A DNA stretch of 21,036 bases from Methanocellales archaeon. Its GTDB lineage: Archaea > Halobacteriota > JAWCLZ01. Made by a program: the position numbers and the translations under genes. The stretch is from positions 5,922 to 26,957 of the forward strand of contig JAWCMA010000001.1 of the NCBI GenBank assembly GCA_038850285.1, written 5' to 3'. Below are positions 1-7,745 of the stretch, in pieces (within the stretch, counting starts at the first letter, position 1; every line of letters starts with the position of its first letter). The notes under the pieces are model-generated. The model ran no database searches. It had not been told where the DNA came from and saw only the letters and a program-made list of their open reading frames with translations.

Positions 1-851
1 CCAATTGGAATGTCAATTACCACGCTATCCGCACCCACTGCAGATTTTTTCGCCATCACCGAGGCTAAAAGCTGAGCGTGGGGATCTATCGAAAGGGGAT
101 ATTCTGCTTCAATGATTTTATCATCCGCTGGCGCGATATTCGTTGCCCCTCCCCAGACTATTACACCGCCGATTTTCTCAGTTAATTTTTTGACCTCGCT
201 CGCGCTGAACTCAACTGGAGCGAGTACTTCCATTAAATCAGCGGTACCAGCAGCACCTGTGATAGCTCGGGAGCTGGTTTTGGGAATCATTAACCCTGCG
301 GCAGCAACTATTGGTACTACTATCAAGGAAATCTTATTCCCAGGTACGCCTCCAATGCTGTGTTTGTCCATGATTGGATGGGTATCGAACTCGATTTTTT
401 CTCCTATTTTTACCATGGCGCGGGTCATCCACTCTATCTCATCCATGTCCATTCCATGGATGTAGGAGGAGGTGATAAAAGCAGTGAGTTCTACATCGCT
501 GAGATTTCCATCCACAATATCCTTGATTATCGCGTGGATTTCTTCGGGGGTCAACTTTTCTCTATTCATCTTTTTCTTAATGGCAGATATAGAGCGGGGG
601 CGCAGTGCTGGAGTTATTTCAATGTATTCTCCCCCTCTTAAACCAAGCCTCTCCTTGACATTTTTATAGACACCTGCAACTCCTCTTTCATACATTAATT
701 CTGAGATTTCAACCATTGCGGTAACGCTATCTGTATTACGAACTCTCACTCTATCCCCAGGTCTGATTCCCATTTCATCCGCATCGAGTTTATTGAGAAT
801 AACTCTATATTTCCCGATCTCTACATCTAGAATTTGCGCTTGAAGTTTCAA
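1..851 (-). CDS. deoA: AMP phosphorylase (thymidine/pyrimidine-nucleoside phosphorylase family), 3' part runs off the window
   Basis: Not in the ORF track. Manual translation from TTG at 851, with GGAGG RBS at 861-865, gives [29 protein letters not shown]...[52 protein letters not shown]. These are diagnostic AMP phosphorylase motifs plus the archaeal N-terminal extension. Confidence 0.95.
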   Translation of the reverse strand, partial: MKLQAQILDVEIGKYRVILNKLDADEMGIRPGDRVRVRNTDSVTAMVEISELMYERGVAGVYKNVKERLGLRGGEYIEITPALRPRSISAIKKKMNREKLTPEEIHAIIKDIVDGNLSDVELTAFITSSYIHGMDMDEIEWMTRAMVKIGEKIEFDTHPIMDKHSIGGVPGNKISLIVVPIVAAAGLMIPKTSSRAITGAAGTADLMEVLAPVEFSASEVKKLTEKIGGVIVWGGATNIAPADDKIIEAEYPLSIDPHAQLLASVMAKKSAVGADSVVIDIPI

Positions 852-1062
852 ATCAAACTTCCTCCTTATTATATGTTAAAATCATTATTTAAATAAAATT
901 GCCTCAAAATATCAAAAAGAAAAAATATCAAATTCTGTATCAATTTAAACTATTATTTTTCTTTTAATACTATTTTAAACTAAAATAGAGCTTTATTTTA
1001 CAATCAGAACTTTAGCTAGCTTTATCTTCTAGCAAGTTCTTTATTATTTTAGGTGAATCAAG

Positions 1063-1665
1063 ATGCGATTCAAGTATCTCTATCTCATAATCATAATGAC
1101 ACTTATCCTCGCTTGTACTAGTGCTTCTCAATCACAAAAACTAGGTACAGGTCTTGAATTAAGCTTAGCTGTTAAAGAAACCATAGCAGCTCAAAGAGCA
1201 GAGTTGGATGATTTTATTTTCAATGTGAAGTACACTCAAGGGGAGAAGGAAGAGCGCCTGAGGCTGATTGAAGAGCGTCAAACTAGCTTCAACTTAGCTC
1301 TGGATGAAATCGCTAGCGAGCGAGAGGAGCTGAAAGAAGCACTGGCTAAGAATATCATAACTCAAGAAGCATTCACTGCTGGAATGCGAGTAATTGGCTT
1401 AAAAGTAGCAGGAAGCTCGAGATCTATTAAAATAGTGGAAAACGCTCTTGCTGAGCTTGGGAAAGAAGTAGGGGAAAAGCAGAAGCAAAAATTTGCAGTG
1501 CTTGAGGAAAAACACAGGGAACTTAAAAAGAGAATCAGCGTAGACCAGGAGGTGGAGAGGTGGAATGAAACTAGTCTCCCTGAGATTGGAATAGAGGGGA
1601 ATGAAACTCCTTTTCAAAAAATAATTGAAAAGATCAATGAAAGCCGGAGGAGAGGTGAAAAATAA
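1063..1665 (+). CDS. secreted or lipid-anchored coiled-coil hypothetical protein
   Basis: AGGTGA RBS; signal peptide (MRFK + hydrophobic stretch) ending in LILAC, a possible lipobox; E/K-rich helical body; N-glycosylation sequons near the C-terminus. Confidence 0.8.
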   Translation: MRFKYLYLIIIMTLILACTSASQSQKLGTGLELSLAVKETIAAQRAELDDFIFNVKYTQGEKEERLRLIEERQTSFNLALDEIASEREELKEALAKNIITQEAFTAGMRVIGLKVAGSSRSIKIVENALAELGKEVGEKQKQKFAVLEEKHRELKKRISVDQEVERWNETSLPEIGIEGNETPFQKIIEKINESRRRGEK

Positions 1666-1666
1666 A

Positions 1667-1825
1667 ATGAGGAAAATAATTGAAAATCAAGATATGGAAT
1701 TGGAGCTTGAAATTTTGATGAAAAATATAGATAGAGATTTCCCAACAGCTGCGGAGAAATTACTTGCAAATTTAGGATTGGAGCATTTGATTCAATTTAA
1801 TCAAAAGAGAGGTGAGAAGGAATGA
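1667..1825 (+). CDS. small hypothetical protein (52 aa)
   Basis: ATG at 1667, one base after the upstream stop, preceded by AGGTGA (1653-1658); its stop overlaps the next start (ATGA). This start is preferred to the ORF-track start at 1625. Confidence 0.6.
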   Translation: MRKIIENQDMELELEILMKNIDRDFPTAAEKLLANLGLEHLIQFNQKRGEKE

Positions 1826-2898
1826 AGAAAATAATGGCAATATTACTCCTAGCCATGCTATTTGCATCGATAGGAGTACTCGCTGCTAAAGAAGATAAAA
1901 CACCTAAATTCAAAGAACAGGAGCGCGAGAGATTAAGAGAGCAAGTAAGGGAATTGAAATTTGAAGTATCCGAAAAACACTATACAGGTACTTTCACCGG
2001 TTTTGAGTATCAAGAACAGATTTCAAACTATACTTTGAATGGCACGGTGGTATTTGAGAGCATTGAAATCTCAGCTCCTCAGAGATTCAAGAGCGCTGGT
2101 GCTGAGATAAAGATTGAGATCGAGGATGGCGTGAAAGTCGATATCCACGATAATCCCACTGGACTGCTCAAGATAGATGCAGTGAAAAATACAGTGGTTA
2201 AACTCACTGTTGCAAGTGGCATAAAAATCAATGTTATCAACAATAGGACAATTTTGCTCAGCAATGAGAACTTCAATGGCACTTTGATGATTGCCGGAAA
2301 GGGTAGCTTCGAGGTCAATAATAGTATTATCAATGCAACGCTTGTTCATGGAAAGCTCATCTTCAGGGCAAAGCCATGTCTAGACTATGGCGAGCGCGAG
2401 ACTCATAGAGAGATGATGCGAGAGATGGAGCAGAATCACGTGGGTGCAGAATTGCACATAAGAGGCAAGAAAGCTTTAGATGCAGTTATCTATACAGATT
2501 TAACGCTGAATATTACCAACGTGGATGAGGAGAATAAAACTATAAGCGTGGTTGTGAGCTCGCCCACTCCTGAGGGTAAATTCATTGTTTTCAATATAGA
2601 TAGTGAAGTTCTAGGAGCAATACAGAGCGGTGGATTTAAGGTGATGATCGACGGCAAAGAGATTCCACAAGCGAGCAGCATTCAAGACCTTATCAATGCA
2701 AGAGTTAAAAATGAAACTTCAAGATATCTAGTTACACTGGGCGTGGATGGAGCTCAAGTAATAGTTTATGTGCAGAAATTCTCAGAGCATTTAATTACCA
2801 TTCAAGCCGGTGCTCCAAGCGCAGTTCCAGGCTTTGAGCTATTCACCCTGCTAATGGCAATTGCCACGGCGAGCACTCTAATACTCAGACGCAAATAA
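1822..2898 (+). CDS. cell-surface glycoprotein with PGF-CTERM archaeosortase sorting signal
   Basis: Signal peptide MKKIMAILLLAMLFASIGVLA; about 9 N-x-S/T sequons; C-terminal VPGF + transmembrane segment + RRK. Confidence 0.9.
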   Translation: MKKIMAILLLAMLFASIGVLAAKEDKTPKFKEQERERLREQVRELKFEVSEKHYTGTFTGFEYQEQISNYTLNGTVVFESIEISAPQRFKSAGAEIKIEIEDGVKVDIHDNPTGLLKIDAVKNTVVKLTVASGIKINVINNRTILLSNENFNGTLMIAGKGSFEVNNSIINATLVHGKLIFRAKPCLDYGERETHREMMREMEQNHVGAELHIRGKKALDAVIYTDLTLNITNVDEENKTISVVVSSPTPEGKFIVFNIDSEVLGAIQSGGFKVMIDGKEIPQASSIQDLINARVKNETSRYLVTLGVDGAQVIVYVQKFSEHLITIQAGAPSAVPGFELFTLLMAIATASTLILRRK

Positions 2899-2912
2899 AT
2901 ATATATTATATA

Positions 2913-2937
2913 TTTTATTTTTTTATTAATTTTATTT
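2913..2937 (+). terminator. T-rich archaeal terminator candidate
   Basis: Oligo-T tracts (ttttattttttttatt) shortly after the stop at 2898. Confidence 0.45.
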
Positions 2938-2981
2938 CTAGAAGGAATAGATTTATAAAATTAAGTGCTTCATCTAAAAAT

Positions 2982-3425
2982 GTGATTAAGATCATTGGCT
3001 TAGGAGACATTTTAAAGGGCGATGACGGCTTTGGCATATATGTACTAGGGGAACTTGAGAAACACGAGCTTCCGGGTAATGTCATGCTGATAGATGGAGG
3101 CAAGGGTGAAATTGAAGTAGCAAATTATCTCGAGGGCGCAGATAAAATAATAATAGTAGATGCAGTGAGCAGCGGCGACGCCCCAGGCAGAGTTTTTCGC
3201 TTCTCCCTTGATCAATTTCAAGCCTGCGATTGCTCAGCCTACTTCCTTCACTATATAAATCTACATCAAACTCTAGAAATTGGGAGAATTAAACCGCTCC
3301 CGGAGATTATTTTCTATGGTGTGGAGATTCAAAATGTAGAGGAAGAGATGGCGCTCTCCCCCGAGGTACATGAATCCCTTCCAGAAGTTGTAGATTTAAT
3401 CCTAGGGGAAATAAAACCAAGTTAA
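2982..3425 (+). CDS. hydrogenase maturation protease (HycI/HyaD family)
   Basis: IIGLGDILKGDDGFG (family G-N-x-L-x-x-DDG-x-G), IDGG, IIIVDAV and a downstream His; typical length of about 150 aa. Confidence 0.9.
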   Translation: MIKIIGLGDILKGDDGFGIYVLGELEKHELPGNVMLIDGGKGEIEVANYLEGADKIIIVDAVSSGDAPGRVFRFSLDQFQACDCSAYFLHYINLHQTLEIGRIKPLPEIIFYGVEIQNVEEEMALSPEVHESLPEVVDLILGEIKPS

Positions 3426-4027
3426 TCATAGTCATAGCATCTATCCAACTCGGCATTAATCAAAGTTATACACTGCGAGGCTAGATAGCTCCTAGCGCCA
3501 ACTGAGACCTTCAAAGCTCCATATCTCTCGCAAAATCCCTCCTCCTTCAAAGGCAGACCAAGGTGATCTCCGAGTACAAAAAAAGCCTCTCTTGAAAGCC
3601 TCACATTTCTTATATCCACTCCTTTCTCATGCAAAATATAAATCTGCTTTGCCATCTCAGCAGCCTCAGCGATCATCTCCTGAAAACTTCTGCAGGAGAT
3701 ATAAACCCCGTCAGACACCAAACTCCATTTCTTCGATTTACCTATGTTAAAAAGAAGGGCTTTTTTCAAGCACCTCGCGATCGAGATTTCATCAATCGCA
3801 ACGCCTTTGAACTCGCTACCCTTGAACCAGATAGTTTTAGGTGGATTGGGAGGACCATTTAAAACGGCAAATAACGCTGCATATCTCCTTATGCCGCGTG
3901 ATAAATAAAGAGAAGCCTGTAGGCATCTAGCAACTATATCCAGTCGCCCGCCTTCCCTAGCTAGCTTGTGGATATCAAAATTTCCATCTGTTCTAGCTTT
4001 TCGAGCATATAATAGGAAAGTGCGCAT
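3422..4027 (-). CDS. trmY: tRNA (pseudouridine(54)-N1)-methyltransferase, SPOUT family
   Basis: MRTFLL...GGRLDIVARC, LSRGIRR, GPPNPPKT, FVLGDHLGL, SVGARSYLASQCITLINAELD motifs. Confidence 0.93.
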   Translation of the reverse strand: MRTFLLYARKARTDGNFDIHKLAREGGRLDIVARCLQASLYLSRGIRRYAALFAVLNGPPNPPKTIWFKGSEFKGVAIDEISIARCLKKALLFNIGKSKKWSLVSDGVYISCRSFQEMIAEAAEMAKQIYILHEKGVDIRNVRLSREAFFVLGDHLGLPLKEEGFCERYGALKVSVGARSYLASQCITLINAELDRCYDYD

Positions 4028-4034
4028 CTCAGTT

Positions 4035-4928
4035 TTAAATAGTGATCACTTCACATCCATCTTCAGTTATAATTACAGTATGCTCCGCCTGCGAAACTAA
4101 TCCACCAGTTTCTTCCCGAAGCACTGGATAGCCTCTTATAGCACCCACGGCTTCAAGCTGCCTGAGCGCCATTTCTAATCGAGGAGTATGCAACCAGCGT
4201 TTTGCAAAAGGCAGGGTTTTATATGGCTCGATTTCCTTTAAAAGCTGCCTAGCCTGAGGTAATCTAACTGGTTTCGCTGCAATAAAGGAGTAGATCTCCA
4301 CAGAAGTGCCCTCAGCCACTTTTCCTATTCCATTCGTTGCAAATGGCTCGAGCGCGATTACATCATTTGCCTTTAAAATCACTCCCCTCTCGACCTTTCG
4401 ATTTGGAATTTGAGGTGGAGCGTGCTGTATGTAGCGCATCAATCCATGGCCGGTTAGATTTACAACTGGTTTAAAGCCAAATTCAAGGATCTCCTTCTCA
4501 ATCGCTTCCCCTATCTCTGAAGTGCTAACTCCCGCGTGCAGGGTTTTAATTGCACTTGCAAGTCCAGCTTCCGCTGCTTTAACTAGCTCTTTATTATCCC
4601 CGAGATCTATTGTTATAGCGGTATCCGCTATGTAGCCGTCAATATGCACGCCTATATCCAACTTGACCAAGTCCCCTTGCTTGAAGCAAGCTATATCGTT
4701 TTTAGCGGGAGTGGCATGGGCTGCTTCCTCATTTCTCGAGATATTGCAGGGAAATGCTGGCAGCGCGCCTTTTTCTCTAATGAGTGCTTCAATATAATTT
4801 GCAGTTTCAAGAATACTCGCTTTCGCTTGAACTTTTTTCACAGCCTCAGCTCTCACCTCAGCTAAGATCTTGCCCGCTTTTCTATAGCGCTCGAGTTCCT
4901 CTTCCTTAGTGAATTCCACTTCCTCCAT
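4035..4928 (-). CDS. map: methionine aminopeptidase type II
   Basis: AFPCNISRNEEAAHATP, KLDIGVHIDGYIADTA, NLTGHG, ALEPFAT, VSQAEHT metal-ligand motifs. Confidence 0.97.
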   Translation of the reverse strand: MEEVEFTKEEELERYRKAGKILAEVRAEAVKKVQAKASILETANYIEALIREKGALPAFPCNISRNEEAAHATPAKNDIACFKQGDLVKLDIGVHIDGYIADTAITIDLGDNKELVKAAEAGLASAIKTLHAGVSTSEIGEAIEKEILEFGFKPVVNLTGHGLMRYIQHAPPQIPNRKVERGVILKANDVIALEPFATNGIGKVAEGTSVEIYSFIAAKPVRLPQARQLLKEIEPYKTLPFAKRWLHTPRLEMALRQLEAVGAIRGYPVLREETGGLVSQAEHTVIITEDGCEVITI

Positions 4929-4932
4929 TCCA

Positions 4933-6093
4933 TCACCAGTCCTTGGGGAATTTTGTTAAATTTTTAATGCCTTTTTTAGTTACTACAACTACATCTTCAA
5001 TTCTAACTCCACCCACATCTGGGTCGTATAATCCAGGTTCAATTGTAATCACACTGCCCTCTCTTAAAACCTCGCCAGTTTCATTCAAATTGGGCATTTC
5101 ATGTATACTCAGGCCAATCCCATGACCAGTGCTATGCAAAAAGCCGCGGGATATCTTGCCATCTCTCAAGCTCTTATAGTTATCTTCAGCGAAGGAATCG
5201 CAAACTGCCTCGTGGACTTCTTTCCCAGTTACACCTGGCTTTATTAACCTCAAAGCTAGATTCTGAGCTTTGAGCACAGAATTATACATTTCCTTAAACT
5301 CTTTGCTTGGAGGAGTTCCAGGGAAAAAGGTTCTTGTCATATCCGCGTAATATCTCTCCTTCTTAAGCCTGGGGAATATGTCTATTACTACTGGAGAATT
5401 GCTTAATATATAACCAGTGCCAGCGCAATGGGGATCTGAAGCTTGCTTCCCAGAAGCAACGATGGTTCCCTCTGCGCTGCATCCTAGTTTTAATAGTTTC
5501 CCTTCTATCAAGCTTTGAATTTTTTCAGATGTAAGTGGTTCACCGTTTTTAAACAGTAAACCATTTTTTTCCTTAGATCTCTTGATCACTTCTCGAGCTA
5601 GCTTCATAGCCTCTTCGCAAGCAAACTGAGCCTTTTCAATATATGCAATTTCCTCCAAGGTTTTGACCTCTCGAGCTCTCTCAATCACCTTATCCAAGAA
5701 TGCAATGGATAAGTTTGAGCTGCGAAGTTCCTCCAGCAGGAAAGCTGGAAAATCTCGTGGTACACCTATTTTCTGAATTTGCTCCTCTTCAAAGAATCGC
5801 TTGAGAGCTTGAGCAAGAGCTTTATCGGCGTCTTTCAATTCCTGGAGTTTCTCTCTAATTCCATAGTCCAGCAATGACCTAATATCTTTCACGCTGGATT
5901 CCTTTTTTGCTCTTTCATATTCCAGCTGTGAAACAAGCAAGGTCTTTTTCTTCTCTGTTTGTATATATGCAAATGGATCTGGGGCTGCAAATTTTGTGGC
6001 ATAGTACATGTTCGCATTGTGCATGCTCTCGCTAACCATGAGAAAGGCATGCAGTTTTTCAGTGATTAATGCTTGGGCTATCATTTGCACCAT
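4933..6093 (-). CDS. Xaa-Pro aminopeptidase/prolidase (M24B)
   Basis: ANMYYAT N-domain; VIDIFPR, YYADMTRT, HSTGHGIGLSIHEMP, TIEPGLY, GVRIED. Confidence 0.93.
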   Translation of the reverse strand: MVQMIAQALITEKLHAFLMVSESMHNANMYYATKFAAPDPFAYIQTEKKKTLLVSQLEYERAKKESSVKDIRSLLDYGIREKLQELKDADKALAQALKRFFEEEQIQKIGVPRDFPAFLLEELRSSNLSIAFLDKVIERAREVKTLEEIAYIEKAQFACEEAMKLAREVIKRSKEKNGLLFKNGEPLTSEKIQSLIEGKLLKLGCSAEGTIVASGKQASDPHCAGTGYILSNSPVVIDIFPRLKKERYYADMTRTFFPGTPPSKEFKEMYNSVLKAQNLALRLIKPGVTGKEVHEAVCDSFAEDNYKSLRDGKISRGFLHSTGHGIGLSIHEMPNLNETGEVLREGSVITIEPGLYDPDVGGVRIEDVVVVTKKGIKNLTKFPKDW

Positions 6094-6132
6094 ATTCCTT
6101 TGAAGTTTATTTATAAGGCTTATTTAAGTATC

Positions 6133-7680
6133 TCAACTGTGCCTAGAAATTTTATGAAAATGTATTAAATTGGGATAGTACTCGTGGAGCACTCGCATTA
6201 TATTAACCCTTGGTATAAATGAACTTATTGCGTTAAGAGCTATTTTATTATATTGCTCAGGCTGAGTCTTGAAGATGTTAATAATTTCAAGCAATTTCAA
6301 GCGGAATTCCTCATATTCCTTATCATTCAAAGCAATGCCTTTTGGCTCCTCTAGGCTCCATAGCTCTCTCAAGTCGCTGCCAAATAGCCAACCGTTGACC
6401 CCCTCAACTATGAATTCAATCGCGGCGCCATCTCTTGAGGCTAGAGTTGGCACTCCATTGATCCCTGCCTTCATAAAACTTGTTCCACAGGCTTCCCAGC
6501 CGGAGAATGGCATGAATAAAAGCAAGTCCGCTCCTTTAAGTATGACTTTTGCATTTGCCACTTCGTAGTCATGAAAATAAACTACGTTTTCAAATTGCTT
6601 GCTCAATTCTCGGAATTTCTTCATATACTGCAGTCCAGTTCCATCGAATGGATGCGCTTTTCCACCTAACACAAATACCACAGGGAGATCTCTATTTTCC
6701 TGAATGAATTTCACCATGAAATCAGGTCTTTTATATGGTACAAGTCTCCTTGCCCAAGCAACGATCATTTTTTCATTCGCATCGATCTTCTTATGTGTGT
6801 TGATTAATTTAATTAGCTCTTGCCTCAACTGGTTTTTTATCTCTAAAAAATTTTCTAAGTCAAGCCTGCCTGTTTCATAGAGCTTTTTAAGCTCAGGATC
6901 CATCCATCTTTCAATGCAAATGCCATTGGTTATATACTTAAGTTTGTCCATAAAATGAGGGAATACTTTAGAGGTGATATCATAGTGCTTTGCTGAAACA
7001 GTGATTCCCTCTCTAGCGCAGGCTAAGCCTAAAGTGGTTGATACCACGTTTTCCTCAACAAATTTGAATCCGAATTCCCTTTCAAATAAATACCTGGGAT
7101 AAGAAGGATGGCCCCAGGGACCAGGAGTGTGAATTACGAGTCTAATCTTGCCTGGAATTCTTAATACAAGTGGCAGTATTGCTACATATGCCTCTTGGAG
7201 ATCGATGTAATCAATTTTTTCAACACCAATTCTCCTAATATATTCGCTAGCGGCTTTGGCAAGAAGTACATATTTATAAAACCTTTCTTCAAGGTCTCGC
7301 TCTATATATAATCTATCAACTAAATTAACAGCCCAACTGGGAGATATTGGTTTAATAAAAACTGCTTTAGCTGTGCCCAGATTATACTCAAGGGGCTCTA
7401 TCAAGACTTTCTCACCTTTGAGTGTTAGGGTAAATTTCTCCCCTGCAGTTAATTTATCTATGAATTCAGCTGGCTGTGGCTGGGGAGCTGGAATTGGATC
7501 GTTGTTTTCATTAAATTCATATCTAGCATAGCCGTTGAAATAAAAAAAGGTTATAACCGTGTAATCCAGTCCTGCCTCAGCAGCGCCATAAAATCTATCT
7601 CCCTCCAGTGTACCAAGTCCACCTGCATATGTATATCCTGTGTCAAGTGCTAAATCAGGGGTTATGCTTATGACTGTCAT
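6133..7680 (-). CDS. glgP: alpha-glucan (glycogen/maltodextrin) phosphorylase, GT35, short archaeal form
   Basis: YAGGLG, HTP, ITNG, ARRLVPYKR, GGKAHP and the PLP-binding motif EACGTSFMKA. Confidence 0.92.
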   Translation of the reverse strand: MTVISITPDLALDTGYTYAGGLGTLEGDRFYGAAEAGLDYTVITFFYFNGYARYEFNENNDPIPAPQPQPAEFIDKLTAGEKFTLTLKGEKVLIEPLEYNLGTAKAVFIKPISPSWAVNLVDRLYIERDLEERFYKYVLLAKAASEYIRRIGVEKIDYIDLQEAYVAILPLVLRIPGKIRLVIHTPGPWGHPSYPRYLFEREFGFKFVEENVVSTTLGLACAREGITVSAKHYDITSKVFPHFMDKLKYITNGICIERWMDPELKKLYETGRLDLENFLEIKNQLRQELIKLINTHKKIDANEKMIVAWARRLVPYKRPDFMVKFIQENRDLPVVFVLGGKAHPFDGTGLQYMKKFRELSKQFENVVYFHDYEVANAKVILKGADLLLFMPFSGWEACGTSFMKAGINGVPTLASRDGAAIEFIVEGVNGWLFGSDLRELWSLEEPKGIALNDKEYEEFRLKLLEIINIFKTQPEQYNKIALNAISSFIPRVNIMRVLHEYYPNLIHFHKISRHS

Positions 7681-7745
7681 ATTTAAATTAAATTCCCAGC
7701 AGTGTTATTTAACTTTATCTCAGAATGAGAATTAGAATCAAAATC

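Noticed and set aside
112-669. Plus-strand ORFs 112-465, 360-641 and 472-669
   Set aside because: Antisense shadows of the AMP phosphorylase gene on the minus strand.
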